A DNA stretch of 64,000 nucleotides from Minisyncoccota bacterium. Lineage in GTDB: Bacteria > Patescibacteriota > Minisyncoccia > UBA6257 > GWB1-50-10. Of this stretch, positions 42,845-51,751 are shown in pieces; the stretch's first letter is position 1, and every line of letters begins with the position of its first letter. Where the stretch lies: NCBI GenBank assembly GCA_041917695.1, contig JAYRXE010000037.1, positions 2,155 to 66,154 on the forward strand, given 5' to 3'. The translations under genes were made by a program, and so were the position numbers. The notes under the pieces are model-generated. The model had not been told where the DNA came from and did not search any database. It was given only the letters and a program-made list of their open reading frames with translations.

Positions 42845-44434
42845 CTATTTGAATATCCTACCATGCTCAACGTACCAATCTCCGACGTTCGAAAAACGGT
42901 CCGCGGGGTTGCCGATCATCGGGGTTTTCGGCGCAAAACCGCGCAGGCGCGATTCGCGGACGTACGAATAGGGCATCGCATAGAGGAACACGGCGGGGGT
43001 TTCGTTGCCGATATAGAGGGCCAGCGAATCGAGTTCGGCGCTTCGCGTGGAGGCATCGTCGGTCGCACGAAGGTTTTCAAGCAAGGTGTCCGCATTCGCA
43101 TTCGCAAATCCGGATATGTTTTGGCCGGGGTAGTCACGCGCGGAGGAGTGCCAGAACGGATACAGGTCATCGGGATTTTCAAGGATATTTCCGAAGAGTA
43201 CGGCGTCATATTCGCCGGTCTTCAGTGAATTTTCGAAAATATCTTTCGCATCACGCACGTCAATTGTGATTTCGCCGGCGCCCACCGACTCCCAGGAGGC
43301 TTTGAGCATCTCGGCGGTTTTTTCCAAGAAAACGTTTTTCGGGACGGTAAGCGTAAAGGAAAGGTTTTTAACGCCGGCTTTCGATATCAATTCGCTGGCG
43401 GTTTCCCGGTTCTCGCGGTTTTCCGCCGGCACGCCGGGCCGGAGTACGGGCGAGTTGATGAGCGTTCCGCGTCCGTCGAGCGCTTCATCGATGATTCGCT
43501 GTTTCGGAGCCGCACGGTCGAGCGCGAGGCGGATGTCTTTGTTCCGCACGGCCGCATTTTTCCCGCGGAGGTTGAAAAAGACGGCATAATAACGGCCCAT
43601 CGGCACCGTTTCGAGCGTGCCGCGCGGATCGTTATCGATGAGTTTTCCGGCGGTGCCGAAGCCGTCGAGGGAACGGAGGCGGTATGCGGATTCAAGTTCT
43701 TCCTGCGTTTCGAAGAACGAAAGCGAGAATCGCGAAATGTACGGCTTCCCTCCCGCCCAATAGGCGTTCGGCGTGAGATCGTAACGGGTAATCTTCCCGT
43801 CGCTTTCCGCGACGCGTTTCACGCGATACGGGCCGCTCCCGACCGGTTCTCGCGCATAGGGGGAAAAGGCGAGTGCGTCGCCCGAAAGGCCTTCAAATAC
43901 GTGCCGGGGAATGGGCCGCAGGCGCGAAAGGTTTTCCAAAAAGAACGCGTAATCGATGGGCAGGATGAAGCGTACCTGCAATTCGCTCAGGCGTTCCGCC
44001 CGCACGCCTTGCCAATCCGAGAGAAGGGGGGAGTTCGATTCGGGATCCTGGATGCGCGCGACGGTGAACACCACGTCGTCGGCCGTAAAGGGCTTTCCGT
44101 CGCTCCACATCAATCCCTCAGCCAACGTTACGACGTGCACGCGTCCGCCCTCTTCCTCGCGATGGGCGGTCATAAGCTTGGGAAGGCTTTCAAACAACAG
44201 CGCTGAAACGTCCGCGTCGGCCTGTGTTTTGCCGAAAACCGGATTTACGATTTCCGGATGTCCCAGGACGCCTTCGCGCCACGAGCCTCCGTGGAAGGGG
44301 ACGATTTCAGTCCGTTCGACGAACGCGGTGACCGCATAAGCGGCTATCGAAAAGGCAAGCACGACGCTGAGCGCAAAAAAAACCTTCCGTTCTTTTGCGG
44401 AGAGGTTTTCAATGATTTTTTTTGCTACCCGCAT
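42845..44434 (-). CDS. ABC transporter substrate-binding protein, family 5 (peptide/nickel)
   Basis: SBP_bac_5-like sequence with an N-terminal TM anchor. ATG chosen at MRVAKK. The ORF track extends to 44506 and would overlap secG. Confidence 0.7.
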   Translation of the reverse strand: MRVAKKIIENLSAKERKVFFALSVVLAFSIAAYAVTAFVERTEIVPFHGGSWREGVLGHPEIVNPVFGKTQADADVSALLFESLPKLMTAHREEEGGRVHVVTLAEGLMWSDGKPFTADDVVFTVARIQDPESNSPLLSDWQGVRAERLSELQVRFILPIDYAFFLENLSRLRPIPRHVFEGLSGDALAFSPYAREPVGSGPYRVKRVAESDGKITRYDLTPNAYWAGGKPYISRFSLSFFETQEELESAYRLRSLDGFGTAGKLIDNDPRGTLETVPMGRYYAVFFNLRGKNAAVRNKDIRLALDRAAPKQRIIDEALDGRGTLINSPVLRPGVPAENRENRETASELISKAGVKNLSFTLTVPKNVFLEKTAEMLKASWESVGAGEITIDVRDAKDIFENSLKTGEYDAVLFGNILENPDDLYPFWHSSARDYPGQNISGFANANADTLLENLRATDDASTRSAELDSLALYIGNETPAVFLYAMPYSYVRESRLRGFAPKTPMIGNPADRFSNVGDWYVEHGRIFK

Positions 44435-44439
44435 GCGGC

Positions 44440-44652
44440 TTAGATGCCGGAGAGTTTGATAAGGGCAAGCGAGACGAAGACGATGGCGGCAACTATGGTT
44501 GCCCAATAGATCGCGCGTTCAGCGCCCCGCCGCGTTTGGTATGCGGTATCGCCGCCGCCTCCGAAAAGGCCGCCGGCGCCGCCGCCGCGCTCTTGCATGA
44601 GGATCAATGCGATGAGGATAAGGGAAACCGCTATTTCTGCTATTTCAAACAT
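44440..44652 (-). CDS. secG: preprotein translocase subunit SecG
   Basis: 70 aa with two TM helices and a Gly-rich loop GGGAGGLFGGGG. Confidence 0.8.
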   Translation of the reverse strand: MFEIAEIAVSLILIALILMQERGGGAGGLFGGGGDTAYQTRRGAERAIYWATIVAAIVFVSLALIKLSGI

Positions 44653-44656
44653 GAAT

Positions 44657-45022
44657 TTATTCTTTATAGAGCATCCGCCCGCTCGACGTGAAAAGGAAAT
44701 TTATAATTCCGATGAGTAACGACGAGTACAGGAGGGGCAAATACCCTTGTATTGTAAGAGGGGTGATGAAGAAGTCAAGAATCGCGAGCGTTATGGCGTT
44801 TATCACGATGAGGAACAGCCCGAAGGTGAGGAGAATAAGCGGGCCGAGGAGGAGCTTTAACACGGGACGGAGGAAGAGATTGATGACGGCGAGCGCCGCC
44901 GCGGCAATGCCAAGATCGGTGATATTTCCCGTGAAGGTGAATCCCGAGATGAACTGCGCGCACAGGTATATGGCGAGCATGTTCGAGAGAAACTGGAAGA
45001 CGAATTTCGCGATCAATTTCAT
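44657..45022 (-). CDS. YvlD/DUF360 family 4-TM membrane protein
   Basis: Hydrophobic 121-aa ORF. Confidence 0.55.
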   Translation of the reverse strand: MKLIAKFVFQFLSNMLAIYLCAQFISGFTFTGNITDLGIAAAALAVINLFLRPVLKLLLGPLILLTFGLFLIVINAITLAILDFFITPLTIQGYLPLLYSSLLIGIINFLFTSSGRMLYKE

Positions 45023-45045
45023 TAACGGGGTTTATTTCGTTTTCA

Positions 45046-45933
45046 TTATACCAGCTGGGGAAGGAGGCTTTCGCCGGTCATATCGGCCGGTTTTTTTACG
45101 CCGAGTATCTCCAAAATTGTCGGCGCCACATCCGACAGGAGTCCGATATTTTGGAGCTTTTCCGCCCCTCCGCCGTTTTTCCGCTCAAACCGCTTTCCGA
45201 TGAGGTAGAAGGGGACGGGATTTGTCGTATCTTTTCCTTCAGGCTTTCCGCTCCCAAGGTCGAGCATGTATTCGAGGTTTCCATGCGTCGAGGTGATGAT
45301 AAGCGTATGGTCTTCGGCGAGCACCGCGCGGGCGATGCGGTCGATTGCCGTGTCGAGCGCGCGCACGGCGCGCGTTGCGCTCTCAAAATTTGCCGTTTTC
45401 CCGATGACGTCGGGGTTCGCGTAGGTCGCAGCGAGAAAATCGTAACCGCGGTCCGCAAGCGCAAGAAGGATGCGTTCGGTGACGGCCTCCGCCATCATTT
45501 CCGGATGTTTCTCGGGCTCAAGCGGTTCCCGCGAGGGGATTTCCACCCGGTACTCGTTTTCATACGCCGCCTCGCGCATGCCGTTCAGATAAAACGTGAC
45601 GCCCCGGTAGCGCACCGATTCGGCGATGCGCATTTGGTTTTTCCCCGCACCCGCCACCGCTTCACCCAGGTTTCCGCGTATTTCTCCCGATGCAAGTCCG
45701 TTTTCATTCGCCACCGCCCGTCCGGCGCCGATCGTCGCGTGCCCCACCTCGCTCGAACCCGCCGTGTCCCAGGGGAGCCCGATTGCAAGTCCCGACGCTT
45801 GAAGCGACCCGGCGGGAAAACGGGCTGCAAGCATATCAAGCGTTTTGGTGCCGGCAAGATATATCGGGTTCGATTCGTCGCGCTTTCCGATTCCCCAGCC
45901 GTCGAGAATGAGGAGAACACAAGTATTTTTCAT
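45046..45933 (-). CDS. short metalloenzyme-superfamily phosphoglycerate mutase-like protein (iPGM/ApgM-related)
   Basis: N-terminal LLILDGWG and C-terminal ITSTHGN. At 295 aa it is much shorter than canonical iPGM. Confidence 0.55.
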   Translation of the reverse strand: MKNTCVLLILDGWGIGKRDESNPIYLAGTKTLDMLAARFPAGSLQASGLAIGLPWDTAGSSEVGHATIGAGRAVANENGLASGEIRGNLGEAVAGAGKNQMRIAESVRYRGVTFYLNGMREAAYENEYRVEIPSREPLEPEKHPEMMAEAVTERILLALADRGYDFLAATYANPDVIGKTANFESATRAVRALDTAIDRIARAVLAEDHTLIITSTHGNLEYMLDLGSGKPEGKDTTNPVPFYLIGKRFERKNGGGAEKLQNIGLLSDVAPTILEILGVKKPADMTGESLLPQLV

Positions 45934-46054
45934 GGGATGTGAACTTCTTCGTAGCGGTTTTTTAGCATTCTAGTTCTTTTGACACCCCTATGGAAGGGTC
46001 CTAAAATTAAAGTGCGAACACACATGTCGATATACACATCATTACTACACTTCC

Positions 46055-47578
46055 ATGGATTCCAGCACGCTTCTCGCGGTTGGCTCCGCGATCTTAGGGT
46101 TGGCGCTCGGGTACGGGGCGCGGTATTACCTAGCCCTCAAATCAAAGACTTCGGTCGAAGCTAAAGCGGGGGAAGAGCTCGAGAAAGCCCGTTCCCAGGC
46201 GAAAGAGATAGTCCTCGCGGCAAAAGACGAGGCGGCCGCCGTCGTTTTAGAAGTTCAGCGGGACGAACGGGAACGAAAAGCCGAGCTTCGCAGGCTTGAA
46301 GACCACCTTTTAAAGAAGGACGCCGCGATAGAGGCGAGCCAGGCTTCCGTCCGCGCCCTTGAAAAGCAGAAGCAGGACGAACTGAACCGCCTCGGCGAAC
46401 AAAAACGCGAAGTTGCCGAACTCCGCGAAAAAGCGCTCACGGAACTCGAGCGCGCCGCGGGGCTTTCGAAGGAAGAGGCGAAGGCCCGCATGTTTTCCGA
46501 GCTTGAACAGCACGCCCGCGAAGAGTTGCGGGAAAAAGTGATTCGCCTTGAGCGCGAAAAGCTCCAGGAGATCGAGGCGCGGAGCCTTGATATCATCACG
46601 TCGTCGCTCCAGCGGTACGCGCGGAGCTCGGTGAACGACATCACGACCTCCGTTGTGCATATTCCGAACGAGGAACTGAAGGGCAAGGTCATCGGCCGCG
46701 AGGGGCGCAATATCCGCACGTTCGAACGGCTTACGGGCGTCGAGGTGATCGTGGACGACACCCCTGACACCATTCTGCTTTCCTCGTTCGACCCGATGCG
46801 GCGCGAGCTCGCGAAGATCGCGCTTGAAAAACTTTTGAAAGACGGGCGCATTCAGCCCGCGAAGATCGAGGAAGCCGTCGAGGAGGCGCGCGAAGAGCTC
46901 GACCGCCACGTGCAGAAAGCGGGTGAGGATGCGGCGTACGACGTCGGCATCCTTGATTTCCCGAAGGAAATCCTCCATCTCCTGGGCCGCCTGAATTACC
47001 GCACGAGCTATGGGCAGAACGTCCTGAAGCACTCCGTTGAAATGGCCCACATCGCCGGCATGCTCGCATCGGAACTCCATGTGAATGTCGAAGTCGCGAA
47101 GCGCGGAGCCTTGGTGCACGATATCGGCAAGGCCATCGACCACGAGGTCGAAGGAACGCACGTCGAAATCGGCAGGAAGTTGCTGAAGAAATACGGCATT
47201 TCGGACGAGATTGTGAAGGCCATGGAAGCCCACCACGAGGAGTATCCTTTCTCGACTCCCGAGTCGTATATCGTCGCCGCCGCAGATGCCATCTCCGGCG
47301 CCCGGCCTGGCGCGCGGCGCGACACGCTCGAGAAATATTTGAAGCGCCTTGAGGACATCGAACGGGTGGTAAAAACGTTTGACGGCATTTCGCAGGCGTA
47401 TGCCGTATCCGCCGGCAGGGAAGTGCGCGTGTTCGTCACGCCGGAAAAGGTGGATGATTACGGAGCGCTCCAGCTCGCGAAGCAGATTGCCGCGAAAATC
47501 AAATCCGAACTCCGTTTCCCCGGGGAAATCAAAGTAATCGTCATCCGCGAGGTGAAGGCTGTCGAGTACGCCCGGTAG
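46055..47578 (+). CDS. rny: ribonuclease Y
   Basis: N-terminal TM helix, a coiled coil, a KH domain (GKVIGREGRNIRTFE) and an HD domain (LVHDIGK). Confidence 0.9.
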   Translation: MDSSTLLAVGSAILGLALGYGARYYLALKSKTSVEAKAGEELEKARSQAKEIVLAAKDEAAAVVLEVQRDERERKAELRRLEDHLLKKDAAIEASQASVRALEKQKQDELNRLGEQKREVAELREKALTELERAAGLSKEEAKARMFSELEQHAREELREKVIRLEREKLQEIEARSLDIITSSLQRYARSSVNDITTSVVHIPNEELKGKVIGREGRNIRTFERLTGVEVIVDDTPDTILLSSFDPMRRELAKIALEKLLKDGRIQPAKIEEAVEEAREELDRHVQKAGEDAAYDVGILDFPKEILHLLGRLNYRTSYGQNVLKHSVEMAHIAGMLASELHVNVEVAKRGALVHDIGKAIDHEVEGTHVEIGRKLLKKYGISDEIVKAMEAHHEEYPFSTPESYIVAAADAISGARPGARRDTLEKYLKRLEDIERVVKTFDGISQAYAVSAGREVRVFVTPEKVDDYGALQLAKQIAAKIKSELRFPGEIKVIVIREVKAVEYAR

Positions 47579-47732
47579 GAATAAAAAAATCACCCCCGAA
47601 GGGGGTGAAAATACCTTATTTACCAAGACGCTAAGACCACAACCCGTCTCTTATACTGTAAAAGGCTAGGATTTATGCTATTATTTCAGGGTAAAGCGAA
47701 GAAAGGTCGGCAAATTTATCACTAAAAACACC

Positions 47733-48008
47733 ATGAAGAAAGTAGGACTTGTAGAGGCGGTGCAGAAGGCCGCCGGGATTGAAACGAAGAAACAGGCGGA
47801 GCAGGCCGTCGAAGCCATGTTCGACACCATCGTAAAGTGCATGTCGAAGGGCGAAGAGGTCGCTATCACCGGTTTCGGCACGTTCCGTGTCGCGAAGCGC
47901 GCGGCACGCATGGGCGTAAACCCGAAGACGGGCGAAAAGATCCAGATTGCCGCGTCGACGAAGCCGAAGTTCCGCGCGGGCAAACTCCTCAAAGAGGCAG
48001 TCGCCTAA
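47733..48008 (+). CDS. hup: DNA-binding protein HU
   Basis: GFGTFRVAKRAARMGVNPKTGEKIQI. Confidence 0.9.
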   Translation: MKKVGLVEAVQKAAGIETKKQAEQAVEAMFDTIVKCMSKGEEVAITGFGTFRVAKRAARMGVNPKTGEKIQIAASTKPKFRAGKLLKEAVA

Positions 48009-48023
48009 GCGAAATTCCATTCG

Positions 48024-48056
48024 TAAACAAAAAGCCCCCTCGCGGGGGCTTTTTGT
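48024..48056 (+). terminator. intrinsic terminator after hup
   Basis: aaaaagccccctcgcgggggctttttgtc. Confidence 0.65.
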
Positions 48057-48065
48057 CATCCCGGG

Positions 48066-48965
48066 TTAGAGCGATCTCCTCACAAGATTGCTCATCTCGA
48101 TGAAGATCTGATAGGACTCTTTCACTTTCGCGAAAGAGGCGTCTACCGTCTCTTTTATCGAGGGGGATTGCATAGGGGGGGTGGGGGGAGTGGATGAACT
48201 CGAAGCGAGTTCTTTCTTTTCTTTTTCAGCCTTCATTTTTTCTTCTTTCAGCTCGGCTTCAATGGCGAGTTTTTCCTCGCTGCCGTCTTTCATGAAGGGA
48301 TAGAGGTAGCTTTTGGCGAATTGGCGTACGCCAGTATCGTTCATCGCGCGGGCGTCGCCGATGAGAGTCGAGGCTTTCTTAAGGCTTTCCTCAACTTCCT
48401 TTATTTTCTTGAATTTTGCCTTTTTGAGTTTCGCGACGTCGGCGGAAACCTTTTCAAGGCGGTTTTCGGCGGTCTCGAGGGATTTCTTATGCTGTTCAAG
48501 AAGCAGATAGGATTGCACTTCATCGAAAAGCGGGGTGTAGGTTTCTTCCCGCCATTTCTTCAGGTCTTCCGCGCGGAGCTTCACTTCGTCCACGGTGGGG
48601 TGCTCGATCATGTTCACGATGCGCGTCTCGTTTTCGTAATGCTTCACGGCGTCTTGGAGGGCCGCGATGCGGTTTTTCTTCCACACGGCGGTCGTGGTGG
48701 TCGTTTTGTCGTCCTCGTAAGCGAGGAGCTTTAAGCGCATGTCGCGGGCGTCCGTCGTCGCGAGCTCGAGCACCTTCTTGTAGGCGTCGAGGCGAGCCTC
48801 GCCTTCGCCTTCGTTTTTGTCTTTTGCGCCGATCAGGGCTTCAACGGTGTCCATTACGCCCTGGATCACCTTCTCGGCGGGGTTCGTCTGAGCCGATGCG
48901 GGAATCGCCGAAAAGGCGAATGAGGCGACCGTTGCGGAGAGGAGTATGAGGAGTTTTCGTGCCAT
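48066..48965 (-). CDS. secreted coiled-coil hypothetical protein (last gene of ECF sigma operon)
   Basis: Signal peptide MARKLLILLSATVASFAFSAIPASA and a K/E-rich coiled coil. Confidence 0.5.
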   Translation of the reverse strand: MARKLLILLSATVASFAFSAIPASAQTNPAEKVIQGVMDTVEALIGAKDKNEGEGEARLDAYKKVLELATTDARDMRLKLLAYEDDKTTTTTAVWKKNRIAALQDAVKHYENETRIVNMIEHPTVDEVKLRAEDLKKWREETYTPLFDEVQSYLLLEQHKKSLETAENRLEKVSADVAKLKKAKFKKIKEVEESLKKASTLIGDARAMNDTGVRQFAKSYLYPFMKDGSEEKLAIEAELKEEKMKAEKEKKELASSSSTPPTPPMQSPSIKETVDASFAKVKESYQIFIEMSNLVRRSL

Positions 48966-48966
48966 G

Positions 48967-49434
48967 TTAGAGGGTTACGTTTTCAAGCAGGCGATCGATT
49001 TCGTCATTCGCGGTGCCCGCTTTCTGGATATCATCGATCTCCGACTGGATCGGTCCTTCCTTCAAGTGGCTCACATTCGTATCGCGGATTTCCGTGATGG
49101 CGGCAGTGATCACTTCGTTCGTGTTATTTCGATAGTTTACCTCTTCAAGCTCGATGGAGATAGGGAGCTCAGCGGCTTCCTTCGAGAGCTTATCGGCATC
49201 TTTCAAAGAGGAGAGAGACGGGGAGCGGTACGAAGCAAGCAAGGGGACGGCGGCGATCAAAAACCCGGCCACGCCAAGACCAAGTCCGCGTACCCACGTG
49301 GGCTGGAAGCTGGGAAGCGAAAAGACGCTCCGTCTCGCGGGAGTGGAGACGATCGCAAAACGCGTACGCGCTTCAAAACCCCGGTCGGGGGCGATCGAGG
49401 CGAGCATTTTCAGTTTTCGCTTGATGGTTTCCAT
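48967..49434 (-). CDS. putative membrane anti-sigma factor
   Basis: Single TM helix. Its start immediately follows the stop of the ECF sigma. Confidence 0.45.
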   Translation of the reverse strand: METIKRKLKMLASIAPDRGFEARTRFAIVSTPARRSVFSLPSFQPTWVRGLGLGVAGFLIAAVPLLASYRSPSLSSLKDADKLSKEAAELPISIELEEVNYRNNTNEVITAAITEIRDTNVSHLKEGPIQSEIDDIQKAGTANDEIDRLLENVTL

Positions 49435-49989
49435 TTAATTATTTTCCCGGGGAGGGGTCTCCTCGAGTATTTTCTTCAGGCGCCGCAGGGCGCGGTGCTG
49501 GATGACCCGTATGGCCCCTTCGGTCTTCGCGAGGGAGTCCGAGATCTCCTTGTTTGAAAGTTCGTTCACGAATTTCATGATGACGACGCTTTGCTCGTCG
49601 TCGGTGAGAAGGCGGAGCGCTTCGCCGATGCGTTCCATTTCGATGGAGGTTTCGAGGTCGCGTTCAGCGTCCTCTTCGGCAATGCCGAGCTTCTCTTCTC
49701 CCACCGCCTCGATGTCCACGTAGGGCTTCGCGGTCCGGTAGAAGTCGATGACGGCGTTTGAGGCGATCTTGTAGAGCCAGCTCGAAAAGGGGACTCCTTT
49801 CGGCTTATAGCTTCCGATGTTCTTCCAGGCGTTCATGAACACCTGGTGCGCCAAGTCTTCCGCATTCTGTCGCTGGCCCACTTTGAGGTATACGAAACGG
49901 TAGATTTTCGCGATGTGCGCGTCGTACAGCTTTCCGAAGGACTCGGAATCGCCTTTCTGGGCCTTATAAATGAGCTCCGCTTCGTTCAT
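49435..49989 (-). CDS. RNA polymerase sigma-70 factor, ECF subfamily
   Basis: Region 2 (AEDLAHQVFMNAWKN) and region 4 (ISDSLAKTEGAIRVIQHRALRRLKK). Confidence 0.85.
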   Translation of the reverse strand: MNEAELIYKAQKGDSESFGKLYDAHIAKIYRFVYLKVGQRQNAEDLAHQVFMNAWKNIGSYKPKGVPFSSWLYKIASNAVIDFYRTAKPYVDIEAVGEEKLGIAEEDAERDLETSIEMERIGEALRLLTDDEQSVVIMKFVNELSNKEISDSLAKTEGAIRVIQHRALRRLKKILEETPPRENN

Positions 49990-50143
49990 ATTCTATAACG
50001 AGGCCTGTTCCGAAACGTTTCTTCAGGCTCCTTTCGGGGTGTAACGTTACAGATTTTTGCCTCATGCCAGGCAATTATACATGATTTTAGCCTTACCGAA
50101 ATCTTGCGCCGCATTCTCCGCTATGACACAATCAGAGACGTTC

Positions 50144-50217
50144 GCGGGATTCGTATAGTGGTAGTACGTCACCCTTCCAAGGTGAAGGCACGGGTTCAAT
50201 TCCCGTATTCCGCTCCA
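50144..50217 (+). tRNA. tRNA-Gly (anticodon TCC), CCA encoded
   Basis: GCGGGAT...ATTCCGC-T-CCA. Anticodon loop CTTCCAA. Confidence 0.85.
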
Positions 50218-50281
50218 GTTCTTTTCGGGAAGTTTGTTTTCCCGGCTTCCGCGTGATATACATAACTCCACTTAATTATTT

Positions 50282-50893
50282 ATGGACGAACAAGCAAAAA
50301 AGACCCTTCTCATACTTTCCCTCTCGCTCGTAGGCATCGTGGTGGCGCTTTCCGCGCTCGCTTTCGGTCTTCCGTACATCCAAAAGCGGGCACCGCTCCC
50401 GACAGGCTTTTCAGAATCGCGCTCACGGGCGGCAGAGATCAGCCGCGATATCGTTTCGCTTTCGAACGAGACGAACGACAAGGTGAAGGCTCTGAGCGCG
50501 CTCGATCCGAAGAAGGATAAGGCGCAAGCCACCGCCCTCGTCGCCGATGCAAAGGCGAAGAACAATGAGGCGTATGCGAAAGCCGTTGACCTTTCGAAGG
50601 AATTGGAAGGCATGTCGAATTCGTTCAAAGGCATCAAATCCCTCGACCTTCAGCGCATCATGTATGACGGCATCGCCGTAGAGATCGCGCTCGTAACGGA
50701 ATTCATCCAATACACGAAAGATTTCAATGGCTTCTTGGAAGCCGTATCCGCCTTCCTTGCCAATCCGACACCGGAGCACAAGCTTGCCGTGCAGGCGGGG
50801 GAGTCGGCGGTGAACACCCGCGTGACGAACATCAACCGCTTAAACGACGAATTCTTAAAGCGGATGGACGAGTTCGAGAAGGCACTTAAGTAG
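50282..50893 (+). CDS. membrane-anchored or secreted coiled-coil hypothetical protein
   Basis: N-terminal TM or signal sequence LLILSLSLVGIVVALSALAFG. Confidence 0.45.
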   Translation: MDEQAKKTLLILSLSLVGIVVALSALAFGLPYIQKRAPLPTGFSESRSRAAEISRDIVSLSNETNDKVKALSALDPKKDKAQATALVADAKAKNNEAYAKAVDLSKELEGMSNSFKGIKSLDLQRIMYDGIAVEIALVTEFIQYTKDFNGFLEAVSAFLANPTPEHKLAVQAGESAVNTRVTNINRLNDEFLKRMDEFEKALK

Positions 50894-50977
50894 CGCCTTC
50901 TTCGTGTTTTTTGACTAAAGCCATTTTTAGTGGCATTTTTTGTTTAGTTATTTTTTTAAAAATAGAAGGAGGCATAC

Positions 50978-51301
50978 ATGCCAAACGACTGGTTTTTGCT
51001 CGTTATTGGAAATGAGACCACTACAACATGCATGGGAGGGCACACTGAAACCGTAACGCAGGTGCATGTGGCATACGGAACCGATAAAGCAGTGAGGGAT
51101 TCCTTTACCAAAAAAGCCATTGCATTGAGAGACAGAAACAAGCAAAGGAAGCGGATCACTTTCCACGCTTCTATTAAGAGCGTCATCATCAAACGGCTTA
51201 CCAGCAATGGGGAAACTCTCCCTGAAAAAGAAATGGAAGAATTTGTAAGGGCTGCCGTAACTATGGATCCTGCGAAACTAAAGAAAGCATTAGCTAGCTG
51301 A
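50978..51301 (+). CDS. hypothetical protein (AT-rich)
   Basis: ORF with an AGGAGG RBS and a terminator at about 51311-51338. Confidence 0.4.
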   Translation: MPNDWFLLVIGNETTTTCMGGHTETVTQVHVAYGTDKAVRDSFTKKAIALRDRNKQRKRITFHASIKSVIIKRLTSNGETLPEKEMEEFVRAAVTMDPAKLKKALAS

Positions 51302-51337
51302 TAAGATCCCAAACTCCGCGTATGCGGGGTTTTTTAT

Positions 51338-51669
51338 TGGGCGTAGAAATTTCACGTCGCGGGGCTGGGGAATTGAACAATTCGCCCTTTCCCGTTCAAT
51401 TCACTCCTAGTCCTAAAACCCCGATCTGAAATATCGGGGTTCGGACGAACAAATCCGCCTTCAGGCGGATTTGTTTTAGTCGGGCTGCTGGGAATTTCAC
51501 GTCGTCCCGCCGAAGGCGTGACTCCTTGAGAACCGAGGGTTCTCAACCGCCAGTTGGCGGTCTCTCCGACACGGAAGGGACACATCCGTTTCCCTTCCGA
51601 CCCATCCCTCGTTCAATTCCCTAATTCAACAAACGCAAACGCAGGCTGAATGCCTGCGTTTGTATTTAG
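51338..51669 (-). repeat. two tandem tRNA-3'-flanking structured modules (module 1 about 51480-51669, decayed module 2 about 51338-51479)
   Basis: Module 1 is about 90% identical, in inverted orientation, to 58660-58852 and ends in GACGTGAAATTCCCAGCAGCCCGA. Module 2 ends in CGTGAAATTTCTACGCCCA. Confidence 0.7.
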
Positions 51670-51740
51670 TCGGGCTGCTGGGAATTGAACCCAGTCTACC
51701 TGCTCCCAAAGCAGGCGTACTACCGGTATACGACAGCCCG
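51670..51740 (-). tRNA. tRNA-Pro (anticodon TGG)
   Basis: CGGGCTG...CAGCCCG-A. Anticodon loop TTTGGGA. Outside the anticodon arm it is identical to the tRNA-Pro at 58589. Confidence 0.85.
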
Positions 51741-51751
51741 ATTAATAAATG

